A stretch of DNA of 64,000 nucleotides from the human T2T-CHM13v2.0 reference genome, Homo sapiens: assembly GCF_009914755.1 (NCBI RefSeq), contig NC_060936.1. One strand, 5' to 3'. Under the pieces are notes generated by a model that was given only the letters and a program-made list of their open reading frames with translations, did no database searches and was not told the origin of the DNA. Numbering within the stretch: the first letter of the stretch is position 1; every line of letters starts with the position of its first letter. The translations under genes were made by a program, and so were the position numbers. Positions 1-20,279 of this stretch are shown in pieces.

Positions 1-290
1 CTGTAATCCCAGCACTTTGGGAGGCCGAGGCGGGTGGATCACGAGGTCAGGAGATCGAGACCATCCTGGCTAACACGGTGAAACCCCGTCTCTACTAAAA
101 ATACAAAAAAATTAGCCGGGCACGGTGGCAGGTGCCTGTAGTCCCAGCTACTCAGGGGCGCTGAGGTAGGAGAATGGTGTAAACCTGGGAGGCGGAGCTT
201 GCAGTGAGCCAAGATCGCGCCACTGCACTCCAGCCTGGGAGACAGAGCGAGACTCTGTCTCAAAAAATAAAAAAAATTAAAAAAAATAAA
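1..290 (+). mobile_element. AluY-type element, cut by the window edge
   Basis: Alu dimer with Y diagnostics (gagatcgagaccatcctggctaacacgg) and A tail. Confidence 0.9.
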
Positions 291-810
291 GTTACCAGTT
301 CCACTCCTGGATATATACCCAAGAAAGCTGAAGACATATTTTCATACAAAAATTTGTACATGAATGTTCATAGCTTCCATTAGCCAAAAAGTGGAAGCAA
401 CCCAAATGTCCATCAACTGATGAATGATGAATGGATAAGGAAAATGTAGTATAGCCACACAATGGAATATTATTCCACTATAAAAATAAAGCAAGTATTG
501 ATACATGGATGAACCTTAAAAACATTATGCTAAGTGAGAGAAAGTCAGGCAACAAGGCCATATACTGTATGATTCCGTGTATATGAAGTGTCCAGAATAG
601 GCAAATGTATAGATACAGAAAGTAGACTCGTTGCTAGGAGCTGAGGGTGAGAGAATGGGAATAATTGCTAAGGGATGTGAAGTTTATTTTTGGAGTGATG
701 ATAATGTCCTAAAATCAGAGGCGATGTTTGCATAACTCTGTGAATATACTAAAAGTGAATATACGAATTCACTGAATTAGTGAATTTTATAGCATAATTA
801 TATTTCAATC
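291..810 (+). mobile_element. Old L1M (L1MB-like) 3' end
   Basis: ccactcctggatatatacccaag...cccaaatgtccatcaactgatgaatg...acattatgctaagtgaga, typical L1M 3' region. Confidence 0.75.
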
Positions 811-2067
811 AATCTTCATAAAACTAGCAGTTCTAATTCTAGTAATCAAAAAGAGGAAAGAGAAATGAATGCAATTATTTTTTTAATTTGGCTGCTGGTA
901 CTGGAGAAAAAAAACAGTTCCAATTAGAAAAAAAAAAAGATGAATTATTCAGTAGGAATACTAAAGTGGATTTCCAAAGGCTTTAGAAATTGATGGCACT
1001 AGTTCTTTAACATCTGTAGTTTCAATTCAAAGTGTATTTCTTATCCAAGTTATCATAAACCTTAATCTTAACTCTTGGCCACAGTTAAGTTTAATTTGGA
1101 GCATGTCAGTGGAAATTAGGAGAGGGGAGACAAAGAATGTGAGAGGGATGACTAATTTTTCCAAAGGGTAGAAAAAAAATAAAGGAGGATGATAAAGAAT
1201 ATTTATGAGCTGATATGAGCTATGGAAGTGTGAAGGACATGTGGATTGGGGCGTGTGCTCAGAGTCCCTTAACGGGAAAAAAAGAAGACAATGGGAAGTA
1301 AGCCTCCTGGGACTTCCATTGGCACCAAGTGTCTCAATGGCTCTCTCTGCTGTCCTTGTAGTAGTGTGGGAGGAGAGAAATCTAGTCCCATGCACAAGCT
1401 TTCCAGAAGCTCAGGGTTCCTATCTCAGTATTCCACATTTCATATGAGTACATCTCATCTTCCCAACTAAACTGCAAATCTGTAAGGGTGAGATCATGTT
1501 TTTATGATGGCTCCTTTAATCTCCCATAGCTCCCATTCCTCTACATAACACCATAGATGTTCAGCCAGTACTTGTAGAACGGTGAATGAATCGATCAAAT
1601 GAATGAATAGCAACTCTATCTACAAGGCATGCCAAACAAGCTACCACGAGATTCTGATTTACTCCTTGGCTCTTTGTGCTCTCTGTGGAGCACCATTCAC
1701 ATAGTTACCCTGCAGTCCTGCAACCTCACCCATTCTGTAGCACTTTGAAAGGAGAGAGTTGTAACCTTCATAGTCATTGACCTTTCAGTACCCACTTTTA
1801 TTACATTTTAAATACACCCTTGAAGCCCTCCCATCTTCAAGAAAAGATCCAGCCTGTTAGCTCTGGGTGTGTAACGTAAGACCTTAGCTGATGTTTTCCT
1901 TGCAGGCATACCAAGAATGCCAGTCACCTCTCCAAACCCTCCCCGAAACTAACATGGTCTCCTGAGCCTCGGGTCACGCCTGGGATAGAGCAGAGTTAGC
2001 AGCCATATGTTTTCACTTCAACAGTAAATCTAACTTGGAATTTTAAGAACCTATTTTTCCCCTCTAG

Positions 2068-2106
2068 GAAAAAATACTTGGGATATCACATGAAGAAGTA
2101 GACTGA
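2068..2106 (+). CDS. BCL2L14: BCL2L14 (Bcl-G) terminal coding exon, EKILGISHEEVD*
   Basis: Acceptor ctatttttcccctctAG at 2066-2067 followed by GAA AAA ATA CTT GGG ATA TCA CAT GAA GAA GTA GAC TGA; matches the recalled C-terminus of Bcl-G(L); convergent with LRP6 as expected on 12p13. Confidence 0.92.
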   Translation, partial: EKILGISHEEVD

Positions 2107-2810
2107 AATATCAGATTTGTCATCAGGAATACTCTTTGTCTACTGTGGTCCTGTGCACGTTGGCCTCAGATGGACTACAGGAGATTACAACGTACAAGGC
2201 AGATGGAGCATTGACGTTTTCAAAACCATTATTCCTGTGACTGGAGAGGCATCAGGAGAGGGCTCGTTCGTCTCCAGCTCATAAAATGTAGCAGCATCAT
2301 CCTTGACAGTGATGTTTTTCAGGCCCTCCATTGAGAACCTGAGGAAATCTGTAAAGATAAGTGGTGATGTTGTTTCAAACGTTCAGAACAGATACCATCA
2401 TCCTGCCTTTGTTAGCTGCTGTAGGGAAAGTGCGTTACAGATGTCTGCTGACCTCACAAGAGTGAAAAGATAAACTGTGCATGTGTTTCCACTTCCGTTT
2501 CTAGTACTATTTATTTTTAAACTACACTTGGGGTGGCCTAATACCTAGGAAGATGTTGCTATTCACGTTAGTAAACAGCCTAAAGAAACTCTTAGGTTTA
2601 CTGCTACATCCATTTGTTTGGAGAGGTAACTGTTGTCTGTGCCTTTTTGAAAAACTTCCATTTGGTACAAAATTTTTACTCCAACACCCCCTCAACCCTT
2701 TTCTCAGGGACCACACCTCTTCTTCCCAAGGTCCCTGGGACTTCCTCATTCTTTGTGGTAGTACAATGATTGGTAGCAGGTAAAATAAATACATAGAAAG
2801 ACTACTGTCA
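2107..2810 (+). other. BCL2L14: BCL2L14 3'UTR, with AATAAA at 2784-2789 (end approximate)
   Basis: Non-repetitive sequence after the stop codon; first canonical AATAAA seen at 2784-2789. Confidence 0.65.
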
Positions 2811-3300
2811 AAAGAGTGTCTTCTGATTAGTAAGTAATAAGTCTTCTGATTATCAAATGAGTTAATTTACATAAAATGCTCAGAACACTTCTTGGTACTT
2901 AATGTTAAGTCTTCACTTATGGTCCCTAATGTGTGCTGCCCTCAGCTAAGCTGCCAATTTCCTCTCCTGTCAACGCAGTCACTGATTGCTTTCCTGAGAT
3001 TGCGGCTGTTCGGTATAAGGTTTTTTAGAAACATGCTCAATAGTAAGTGTTTAAGACACAAAACAATTTAAAAAATACTATCAAATTATAAGGTCTTACA
3101 AATTTCTGGATATGTAGTACCCAGCATATGGCCTGATGTAAAACTGGTGCTTAATAAAACTTTGAAGAACAAACAAGTCAGTAAGTCAGACATACTCTCA
3201 GGTTCAAGGGAAAACTGGATCTATCTATTATCAAATGCTTCACTAGCCTACCCATCTCAATAAAATGAGTTATTCTCTTTTGTTTTCTTCTCCCACATGA

Positions 3301-3652
<352 letters not shown>

Positions 3653-5782
3653 AGGAGTCTCCTTTTAGACATGGAGACACTGAAGACCACCTCTTCCTCC
3701 ATCCACTCTGATCTCGCCATTCCAAACTTTTTGCAGTTCCCCAAAGGTATTATGCAACCTGGCACCTCTGAGCCGTCATAACAGTATCCTCTCTACTTGG
3801 AGTGTTCTTGCATGATGGCTTCCTTTCCCCCTGTTTCCACTAAAACAACTAACTCTAGCTCATCTTTCCAAATTTCCTCAGTTTCCTCCAGGACTCATTT
3901 GCTAACCCTCCCTTGGCCATCATGTGGCTATATTTGGATGCCTTTTCTCATAAGATGCTCCAAATCACCCTGCATGTAGACATTATGCTTAATATATTGC
4001 ACCGTAAGATTTGGTTTACCCAGTCTTTCTCAGTGGATTGTAAAGTCGTTTGCAAACAGGTACTATGCCTAATTTAACTTTATATATCTAGTGCCTGGCA
4101 TAGTTTTGGCACACAGTTGCAGAACCATACCCTCGTCTGACTGATACAGCTTGTAAATCAGTATGACTGGAATATGCCCTAAGATATGTGTACTTACAAC
4201 AAGCTCTCCATGTGTTTCCAATATCATCTATGGCTTGTGGTCAAGATGAAGTAACTAATGAGATTTAATCTCCTGCTTGAAACAACTAAAAAAAAAAAAA
4301 AGACACTATAGATGAGAATGATTTTCAAGGCATTGGACATTAGGTAATTTTTTTTTTTTTTTGTATTTTTAGTAGAGACGGGGTTTCACTGTGTTAGCCA
4401 GGATGGTCTCGATCTCCTGACCTCGTGATCTGCCTGCCTCAGCCTCCCAAAGTGCTGGGATTACAGGCGTGAGCCACCGCGTCTGGCTAGGAGTCTCCTT
4501 TTAGAGAACTGGTCCCTGAGAGATGAGACTCTAAGTGAGCCCTATGTTTGCCCTAGAGTACTGCATGCAAAGAGTTTCTAGGTCATGCTGGAGAGAGGGG
4601 AACCCACGCAGAGTTCACCAGCTCCCTGAGTAGAGAGGATAGAGCTAGGAGTCCAGAAAGATCAGAGCAGCTGAAGTTTGCAAGTCTGATAAAGGATGAA
4701 AGAGAGAGGCACACAAAGCTCCAGAGACCTGCAGATATTTCCCCTTAGGTATTCAGATGAATACTGATCAAAACATGTGCATGAAGAAATTACCCAAGGC
4801 ATGGGGAAGAACCACCTGAAAATATTAAAGGGAACGCTCTCCAAAGCCTACACAAGGCCATGAATACTGCCTATTTTGGCAATAGGTAGAATCCACAAAA
4901 CAATTTTGTCTCAGAAGTGGCAAAAATTAGCCCTAGACTAAGCACTCTCTGGTTCTGCACAACCTAAAGATTAAGAGCAAAAACTTAAAGGATTAAACTG
5001 TTACCAAATAACTGAGCTGTGTTCTAGAACAAACGCAAGGATATCTATAGAATAATCAAAATATCCAGCATCCAACAAGGTAATATTCACAATGTCTAGC
5101 TTCTGATAAAAAATTATAAGGCATGCAAAAAAGCAGCAAAATGCAATCCATCATGAGAAGAAAAATCAGGAAAGCTAGAATGTTACAGATGATAGAATTG
5201 TTAGACATTAGAACTATTATAACTGTATTCCACATGTTCAATAAGCCAGAAGAAATATAACATGCAAAGTACACATAGAACTTATAAGTATGACTCAAAC
5301 CAAAGTTCTAGAGATGAAATCTATAACATCTGAGATGAAAAACATGCTGGATTGGATTAATAGCAGATTAGACATCATAGAAGAATGGATAGGTAAACTT
5401 GAAGACATAGCAATAGATCCAAAATAAAAAACAGAAAAATAAGATTGAGGGAAAAAACAGCAATAGCGAATTGTGGAATGACTTCTAATGAATGGCCTAT
5501 ATATATAGGTATAATTGAAGTGAAGATTTTCCAAATTTGATGAAAACTATAAACCCACAGAACCAAGAAATTCTACAAATGCCAAGCACCAAAAACAGGG
5601 ACAGGGAGAAAACTATGCCAAGGCACACCATAAATTGCTCAAAACCAGTGATAAAGAAAAAAAAAAGTCTTCCAAGCAAGCAGAGAAAAAGGCATATTAT
5701 ATGCAGAGAAAGAAAAATTAAAATGACAGCAAACTTCTTGGGGACTAACACAAAAGAAACAGTAACCTCTCTAAAGTATCAA

Positions 5783-5833
<51 letters not shown>

Positions 5834-6295
5834 TAAATGCAGAATTCTATACCCAGCCAAAAGATGATTTTAAAATGTAGGGAAAATAGAGATTTTTTGA
5901 GATGTATAAAACCTAAAAGAATTCCTTATCAGCAGACCTGAACTATAATAAATATTAAAGAAATTCCTTCAGTAGAAGCCAAATTATTCCAAATAGAAAT
6001 CTGTATCTGAAAAAAAAGCACTAGAAATGATAAAATGTGGGTAAATATAAAGAATTTTTAATTAAAAGATAATATACTATTTAAAAGAAAAAATAATAAT
6101 GTGTTATGGGGTTTATAATGTAAATCAAAATGTATAAGAATAATAGTATGGAGGGTGGGAGACAGAAATGGAAGTGTAATTGTACAGATCCACATTATAT
6201 GTGAAGTGTACAATTTCACTTGAAAGTAGACTGGGCCAGGTGCAGTGGCTCACACCTGTAATGCAGCACTTCCAGAGGCAGAGGCAGGTGGATCA

Positions 6296-6577
<282 letters not shown>

Positions 6578-7255
6578 CTAAAACACACACACACACACAC
6601 AAACTCATACAAAATGTATAGCTAATAAGCCAACAATGGAGGTAAAATGGAATCACGAAAAATAATCCATAACAAGGCAGAAAAGGACAGATGAGACAGA
6701 AAGAAAACAGCAAGTGGTCTATTAAACTCAACCATATCAATAATCACAATAAATGCAATGATATAGATATTCCAATTAAATGGCAGAGATTATCAAATTG
6801 GATTAGAAAGACCAACTTTACACACATCTTCCAAAAAAAAAACTTTAAATACAAAGACATGAACAGTCTTAGGCAAAAGGATGGATGCTTTGGGAGGCCA
6901 AGGTGGATGGACTGCTTGTGTCCAGGAGTTCAAGACCAGCCTAGGCAACTTGACAAAACCTCATCTCTACAAAAACACACAAAAATTGTGTGGTGGCGCA
7001 TGCCTGTAGTCCCAGCTTCTTGGGAGGCTGAGGAGGGAGGCTCACTGGAGCCCAGGAGGTCGAGGCTGCAGTGAACCACGTTCATGTCACTGCACTCCAG
7101 CCTGGGTGACTGGGTGACAGAGGGAGACCCTGCCAAAAGAAAAAAAAAAAAAAAGTCAAAGGATGGAAAGATGTACCATAACACCCGTCAAAGGAAAATG
7201 GAGTGGCTACGTTAATATCAATCCAAGTAGATTCAAAGCAAATAACGTTACCAGG

Positions 7256-7645
7256 TGATATAGTTTGGATGTTTGTCCCCTCCAAATCACATGTTGAAAT
7301 ATGATTCCCAATTTTGGAGATGGGCCTTGTGGGAGTTGTTTTGGTCATAGGGGCAGATCCCTCATGAATGGGAGGGATCCCTGAAGTAATGCATTCACAC
7401 AAGATCTGGTTGTTAAAGAGTCTGGAATTTTCCCCTTCTCTCTTGTTCCCTCTTTCATGTGACATGCCTACTCCCCCTTCCCCTTCTGCCATGATTGTAA
7501 ACTTCCTGAGACCCTCACTGGAAGCAGATGCCAGCACTGTGCTTCTTGTACAGTCTGCAGAACTGTGAGTCAAAATAAACCTCTTTCTTTATAAATCACC
7601 TAGTCCCAGGTATTCCTTTACAGTAATGCAAAATGGACTAATACA
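7256..7645 (+). mobile_element. MST-type MaLR solo LTR
   Basis: tgatatagtttggatg...ggactaataca termini; 5-bp TSD ccagg/gcagg. Confidence 0.85.
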
Positions 7646-10552
7646 GCAGGGATAAAGTCATTTAATAATAGTAAAGGAGTCAATTCATCAAAGGACATAA
7701 CAATCCTAATGTTATGCATCTAGTAACAGCCTCAAAATACATAAAGCAAAAACTAATAGAATTGCAGGGAGCAATATACAAAAATGTTTCACAATTATAG
7801 CTGGAGATTTCAACATCTCTCAATGATTGATAAAACCAGTAGACAGAAAATCAGTAAGGATAGTACAGATTTGAAAACTTGGAGCATTAAAACCAACAAC
7901 AGCAGAAAAAAACATTCTTTTCAGGTGCACATGGACATTTAAAACACTGAACTATCTTCTGGACCATAAATCTCAATAAATTTAAAAGGATTAAAGTAAT
8001 TTAAAGAATGTTTGTTGACCACACTGTAAATAAATTTGAAATCAATAACAAAGATATCTGGAAAATTCCTCAAATGTTTGGAAACAAAACCTGTCTAAAT
8101 TACCCATGGGTCAAAGCACAAATCAAAAGGGAAATTAGAAGTATTTTTAACTTAAAAATGAAAGCACAGCATACTAGTAATTCTGAGAGGCACTAAGGTA
8201 GTACTTAGTGCTTCACTTTAGCAAAGGAAACTTTAAAGCACTAAATAGCTACATTAGAAAAGAATGGTCACTAACTGATGACTTCAGCGTATACCTTAAA
8301 CTAGAAAAGGCAAATCCAGAGTAGGCATGAGAAAGGGAATTCAAGAAATAGAAAACAAGAAATAGTGAAAAAAATCTACAAACCCAAAAGCTGGTTTGTT
8401 GAGCATATCAATAAAACCGCTAGCTTGACTGATCAGAAAAAAGGAGAAAATATGAAGATATTTTCAGAATGTTTTCAAAATTTTGAAAAGTAGAATGTGT
8501 CATGAGCAGACCAAGAGTAGAAGACATACCAAAGGAAACTCTCAGCCTGAAGGAAAATTATAGCAGATGGAAAGTCAGATCTCTACAAAGGAATAAGGAG
8601 CATCAAACATAATAAATATGCAGATAAATAAAAGTATTTTTCTTTACATTTAAAAGACAATTGTTTAAAGCAAAATAATAATAGTATATTATGGCATTTA
8701 CAACATGCAGAAGTAAAACTTATGACAATAAAAACACAAATGAGGCCAGGTTGTGGTGGCTCTTGCCTGTAATCCCCCAACTTTGGGAGGCTGAAGCAGG
8801 TGGATCACCTGACGTCAGGAGTTCGAGACCAGCCTGGCCAACATGGTGAAACCCCGTCACTACTAAAAATACAAAAATTAGCCATGCATGGTGGTGCATG
8901 CCTGTAATCCTAGCTACATAGGAGGCTGAGGCAAGAGAATGGCTTGAACCTGCGAGGCAGAGGTTGCAGTGAGCCAAGATTGTGCCACCGCACTCCAGCC
9001 CAGGCAACAGAGCAAGACTCCAGCCCGGGTGACAGAGTGAGACTCCATCTCCCAATAAATAAATAAATACACAAATGATAGGAAAGGATTCTGGGAAGAT
9101 GGTGGAGTAGGAAACACTAGAAATCTGTCTCCCACCTAGACAACAATAACTCAAACAGAATCAATCTGAAATAACTATTTTGGAACTCTGAAGTCTATTA
9201 AAGGTTTGCAACTTCCAGGCAAAAGCTTCGACAGGTAAACTACAGTTAATTTAATCAATTTCAGCTCTTAGCACAATACCAGCTACCTATCCCCCAACTC
9301 CAGTCCCATGGCAAGCAATGGTGCACCTGTTCCTGGAGCAGTTTGCACACAGCTTGTGGTAAGCAGAGTGCAAAAAAAGAACCCTGTTCTCCAAATATCA
9401 GGGATCTGTGCACTGATTGCTGACTCCTGCTCTGATCAAAGAGGTGCAGGTAAAGAGGTGGCAGCCATTGTTTGTCAGTCTGACCCATTACACCTCTCCC
9501 CATGACTACAAGCCCCTCCTCCTCCAGCTGAAGTGACTCCCAGGAAACTTAAAAGGCCTCTGCCCTCTTTTTCTCCTTTTCATTTTTCTCCTTTTCCCAT
9601 TTGGGGAGCCAGAAAATGAGACTAGGATTTTCAAAAGCAACTGTATTTGGGGGAAAAATATGAAATTGACCTTGCATATCCAAAGAGAGGCACAGACTCA
9701 GAAAAGACCTCAGAAGACTTAAGTTTATACCTCAGGGTGATCCTTGGTACAGAGACAGTGTACAACAATTAAAAATCAAAACCACACAAACCCAAACCAC
9801 AAAATAGCAAGCCCTGGGGAAGGGGATTAATCTGATTTCCACAGTTACCATATTATTAGATTCAAATGTCTATGTTTTCAACAACAACAAAAAATCAAAG
9901 CATACAAAGAAATAGGAAAGTATGACCCAAAGGAAAAAAATCAACAGAAACTCTCTGAAAAAGATCTGGTGGCAAATCTACTAGAGAAAGGCTTTCAAAC
10001 AACTGTCTTAAAGATTCTCAAAAAAGAACAAAAGGAACATGTGGAGAAAGTAAAAAAATAATGTAAATAGCATATGGACAAAATAGAAATATCAATAAAG
10101 AGACAAGCAACTTAAAAGAAAACAAAAAGAAATTTTGAAAGCTGAAAGTACAATTACCGAAATAAAAAATTCACTAAACAAATTTAAAGACAGATTTGAG
10201 AAAGCAGAAGAAAGAATCAGGAAACTTGGCTGGGCAGGGTGGCTCACGCCTGTAATCCCAGCACTTTGGGAGGCTGAGGCGGGCAGATCACAAGGTCAGG
10301 AGATCAAGACCATCCTGGCTAACACGGTGAAACACCGTCTCTACTAAAAATACAAAAAATTAGCCAGGCGAGGTGGCGGGCGCCTGTAGTCCCAGCTACT
10401 CGGGAGGCTGAGGCAAGAGAATGGCGTGAACCCCGGGGGGTGGAGCCTGCAGTGAGCCAAGATCGTGCCACTGCACTCCAGCCTGGGTGACAGAGCGAGA
10501 CTCCATCTCAAAAAAAAAAAAAAAAAAAAAGAATCAGGAAACTTGAACATAA

Positions 10553-11522
10553 TGACGCAGGATTTTTCTTGGCCCCTTTGCTGGGCTTGCAGCAGGGGCA
10601 CCCAACACCTCGGCCTGCTGTGCTCAGCCCCTGGTAGGAGGGAGCACATGGGCAAGCGAGTGCAGGGCTTGGCTGGTTGCTCCAAGTGCCAACACAAGAG
10701 CAAGCTCTATGCAGGCCCCACGGCCAGACCAGGTATGTTGCCCTAAGGGGATCGCAACAGTGCCCAAGCAGGGGTGCCCCATGACCCCAAATCCCCAGAA
10801 GGGGTGTTAGTGTGCTAATTAGCTCTTTTAGTTCCACTGTCCACAGCCTGATGGACGGCAGCACGTTAACAGCTCAGTCAGATTCTTGCCCCTCCCTGAC
10901 CCAGGGCTCCAGAACTGGCGTGGCTCTGGGACCAGCTTGGCCCCGCCACTGCTTCTATCATGTGGGGAAGCTGCCCTCCACCGTTGAGGGCAGAGGGCCA
11001 GTGTTACAGCCTTTCTGGCCACCCACATTCAGTGAGTCCCAAGCTCTTGTCCTGCATCCAAGAAGAATGAGGTCACACTGACAATTAAAGGGTGGTAAAG
11101 ACAGATAATTTTATTGAGTGAAGAAACAGCTGTCAGTGGAAAGAGGGTGGGAAGGTCGGATTGTCTCTCCTGAAGTCAGATTGTCTCTCTCAGTGTGGCT
11201 GAATCTGGGATTTTTATAGGCACAGGATAAGGGAGTGCATGCTTCCTGGTTTGTGAGTATGCAAGAAAGGTTAAAATCAAGGCACCAGTGAAAGGTGGGC
11301 ACAGTGTAAAAACAATTAGGGAAGGGTAGGTATATGTAAAATAGGTTAAGGGTAGGGATCAATCAAAGGAAAGCACACCAAACCGGAAGACAGTACTCAA
11401 TCCAAACTGTGAATTTGACTTGTAGCTTGGCCTCAGGCTTTAAACTTTCTTTGGCTTGAATGTGGGGTTTCACTGGGGACCTGCCCATCTGCCTAGGATT
11501 TCTCTGTCTCCTGCCTCTATCA
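10553..11522 (-). mobile_element. ERV1-class solo LTR (~970 bp; LTR1/LTR27/LTR28/MER52-like)
   Basis: TG...CA termini and perfect 4-bp TSD ataa (10549-10552 / 11523-11526); GC-rich; interrupts the L1 ORF1 remnant. Confidence 0.8.
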
Positions 11523-12032
11523 ATAAGACAGTGGAAATTATCAAGTCTGAGGAACAGAAAGAAAAAGTCTGAAGAAAAGTGAACAGAGCCTAAGGGAGTT
11601 GTGAGACATCATCAAGCTGCCCAACACAAGCATTATGGGAGTTCCAGAGGAAAGGAGAGAGAGAGACAAAGAGGCACAGAGAATACATGAAGAAATAATG
11701 GCTGCAAACATTACAAATTTGAGGAAAGATATGAATGTAAATATCCAAGAACCTCAATGAATTCCAAGCACAATGAACTGAAAGAGACCTACCCCGAGGC
11801 ACATTATAATCAAATGCCTGAAAGACAATGACAGATAATCCTGAAAGTAGGATGAGGGAATTGACTCATCACATACAAGGAACCCTTAGATCATCAGCAG
11901 ATTTTTCATCAAAAACTTTGGATGCCAAAGGCAATAAGCCAATATATTCAAAATGCTAAAAGAAAACAAAAAAAAAACAAAAAAAAAACAAAAAAATGTG
12001 TCAACCAAGAATCCTATATTCAGCAAAACTAT

Positions 12033-12403
12033 TGTATTAGCTTGTTCTCACTCTGCTATAAGGACATACCCAAGACTGGGTAATTTATAAAGGAAAGAGG
12101 TTTAATTGACTCACAGTTCAGTATGGCTGGGGAGGCCTCAGGAAACTTATAATCATGGCATAAGGGGAAACAAACATGTCCTCCTTCACATGGCAGCAGG
12201 AGAAAAATGAGAGCCAAGCAAAGGGGAAAGCCCCTTATAAAACCATCAGATCTCGTGAGAACTTACTATCACGGGAATAGCATGGGGGAAACTGCTCCTG
12301 TGATTCAATTACCTCCCACCAGGTCCCTCTCATGACAGGTGGGGATTATGGGAACTACAATTCAAGATGAGATTTGTGGGGGGGACACAGCCAAACCATA
12401 TCA
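12033..12403 (-). mobile_element. THE1-type MaLR solo LTR
   Basis: tgtattag...ggggacacagccaaaccatatca; TSD actat/attat. Confidence 0.85.
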
Positions 12404-12578
12404 ATTATCTTTCAAAATGAGGGGGAAATTAATTCCCAGATAAACAAAAGTTGATTGAGTTTGTTAGACTAGGTCACCTCTGCAGGGTGAAATTAAAGGA
12501 CCCTTGACAGTAACTAAAGTCATTTGAAGAAATAAAGATCTCAATGAAGGTAAATACATAGGCCACTACCGAAGCTAG

Positions 12579-13514
<936 letters not shown>

Positions 13515-13546
13515 CTCCACATTGTTTTCTACATAATTTAAAATTC

Positions 13547-13863
<317 letters not shown>

Positions 13864-13992
13864 CATAATTTAAAATTCTAATGTGTTTAAAATAATTATT
13901 AGTTTATGTTTCGGGGAACATGGATAAAGATATAACTTTGTTACAAACAACCAAATGGGGTGGGGATGGAGCTATAAATAAGTAGATTTTTT

Positions 13993-15577
<1,585 letters not shown>

Positions 15578-15773
15578 TTAATATGTTTTATATGGTACAG
15601 GAGTCTTCATATTGAAATGAAGACCCAAAGAAACAGATAAGTGTTAGTGTGTTTTGTAGTAGGTTTGATGAAGAGTAGACAGTTGTGGAGAAATATGATA
15701 GGACATAAAGGGTATGATCTCATAATAACTGGGGGAAACTTAGCAAGACCTAAGTTTAGATTTCTTTGTGACT

Positions 15774-19040
<3,267 letters not shown>

Positions 19041-20221
19041 GGCAGAGTATTATTTAAAATGCAAACAATAAAGCTGGGTTTTGTGTCTGAAACAGCGAAG
19101 GACAACCAGCTACTGTCTTAATTTCTTGCTGAAAAGAAAGGACAGACACTTTTACTTTTCCACTGTTTTATTACAAAAATCAAATTTCATTTGTTACAAT
19201 TCAGCTTATTTATTGTAATAATCAAAAAAGGGGTTTATACAAGGTATTTTTATACAGTTTATAATTAAAGCACTTATTTTACAAAAGGAGGGAAGTGAAT
19301 AAGTGGACAAGGGCTGACCAAATGTTGGCCATTATAACATAAATACATCCTTGCAAAGCACCATCGTACCAAAGTCAATGAACAAGAAACACCAGTTGAC
19401 TTTAAGACAATGACGAAGATTAAAGCTTAAGGGAAAAAAATAAAAGATAAACATCTGAAAGCAGCACCAGATCCTTCACTTGCAAATAAGGCTAGTCCAG
19501 TTTAATCTTCTTGGTATCCTCTCTACTTTTTAACATTTTTCCTTACTAATCCATATATTTAATTTCATGTCATATTGGATTTAATCAGACTTTAAAAATT
19601 TTCCCTTTAATACCCATATTTAGGCATTAGATATATAGAATATGTATCTATATATAAATATATCTCTATCGCCCATCCTGCTTATATTTGACTGAAAAAC
19701 ACAACCACCAAAATGGACAGTTCAGCAAAAGCGCGTTGTCTGTAATTCTCTGGTGTTGCTTCTGGGCAAACCCTAAGTGATGGTGGAGAATCTAACAGTT
19801 CGTTAGGTCTGTACTCTGCTTCTAAATACAAGACATCATTTAGTTTGTAATTCTATCTGTAAAGTCATGGAGATTTTTTTCAGCAATAAACTCAACAATT
19901 TGAGAATGCTTTATGAAAAAGAAAAACAGCAAAGTTTACCTCAATTGAAAGAGGGTGAGGGTAGAGTCAGTAACTGATTAACCTAAGACTCCACCTTCCA
20001 CTCCACTCAGGTACAGGCTTTATGAGACGTAGATCAAGTCAGACAATAGCCTGAGAGTGTGAATTCACAATACTTATAATTTAAATTTTAAAAAAATTAT
20101 AAACGTATAATTTTATACTTGAGGTCCAAAGTCTTCTACCATAAAATGTTGAGAATTTCAAAAGCTAAATTTTGAAACTATTATAAAATGGTGCCATCCC
20201 AAAAGTCAGAAGCCACACATG

Positions 20222-20279
20222 CACTACAAGTACTTTCTAAAATCATCTTTCACTACAAGTACTTTCTAAAATCATCTTT
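20222..20279. repeat. Perfect 29-bp tandem duplication in the LRP6 3'UTR
   Basis: cactacaagtactttctaaaatcatcttt x2. Confidence 0.95.

Noticed and set aside
2522-2794. Opposing 76-90 aa ORFs in the BCL2L14 3'UTR
   Set aside because: No recognisable domain or splice context; lengths expected by chance
10344-11362. Cluster of overlapping ORFs in a GC-rich segment
   Set aside because: Lies in Alu and solo-LTR sequence; no gag/pol/env similarity visible
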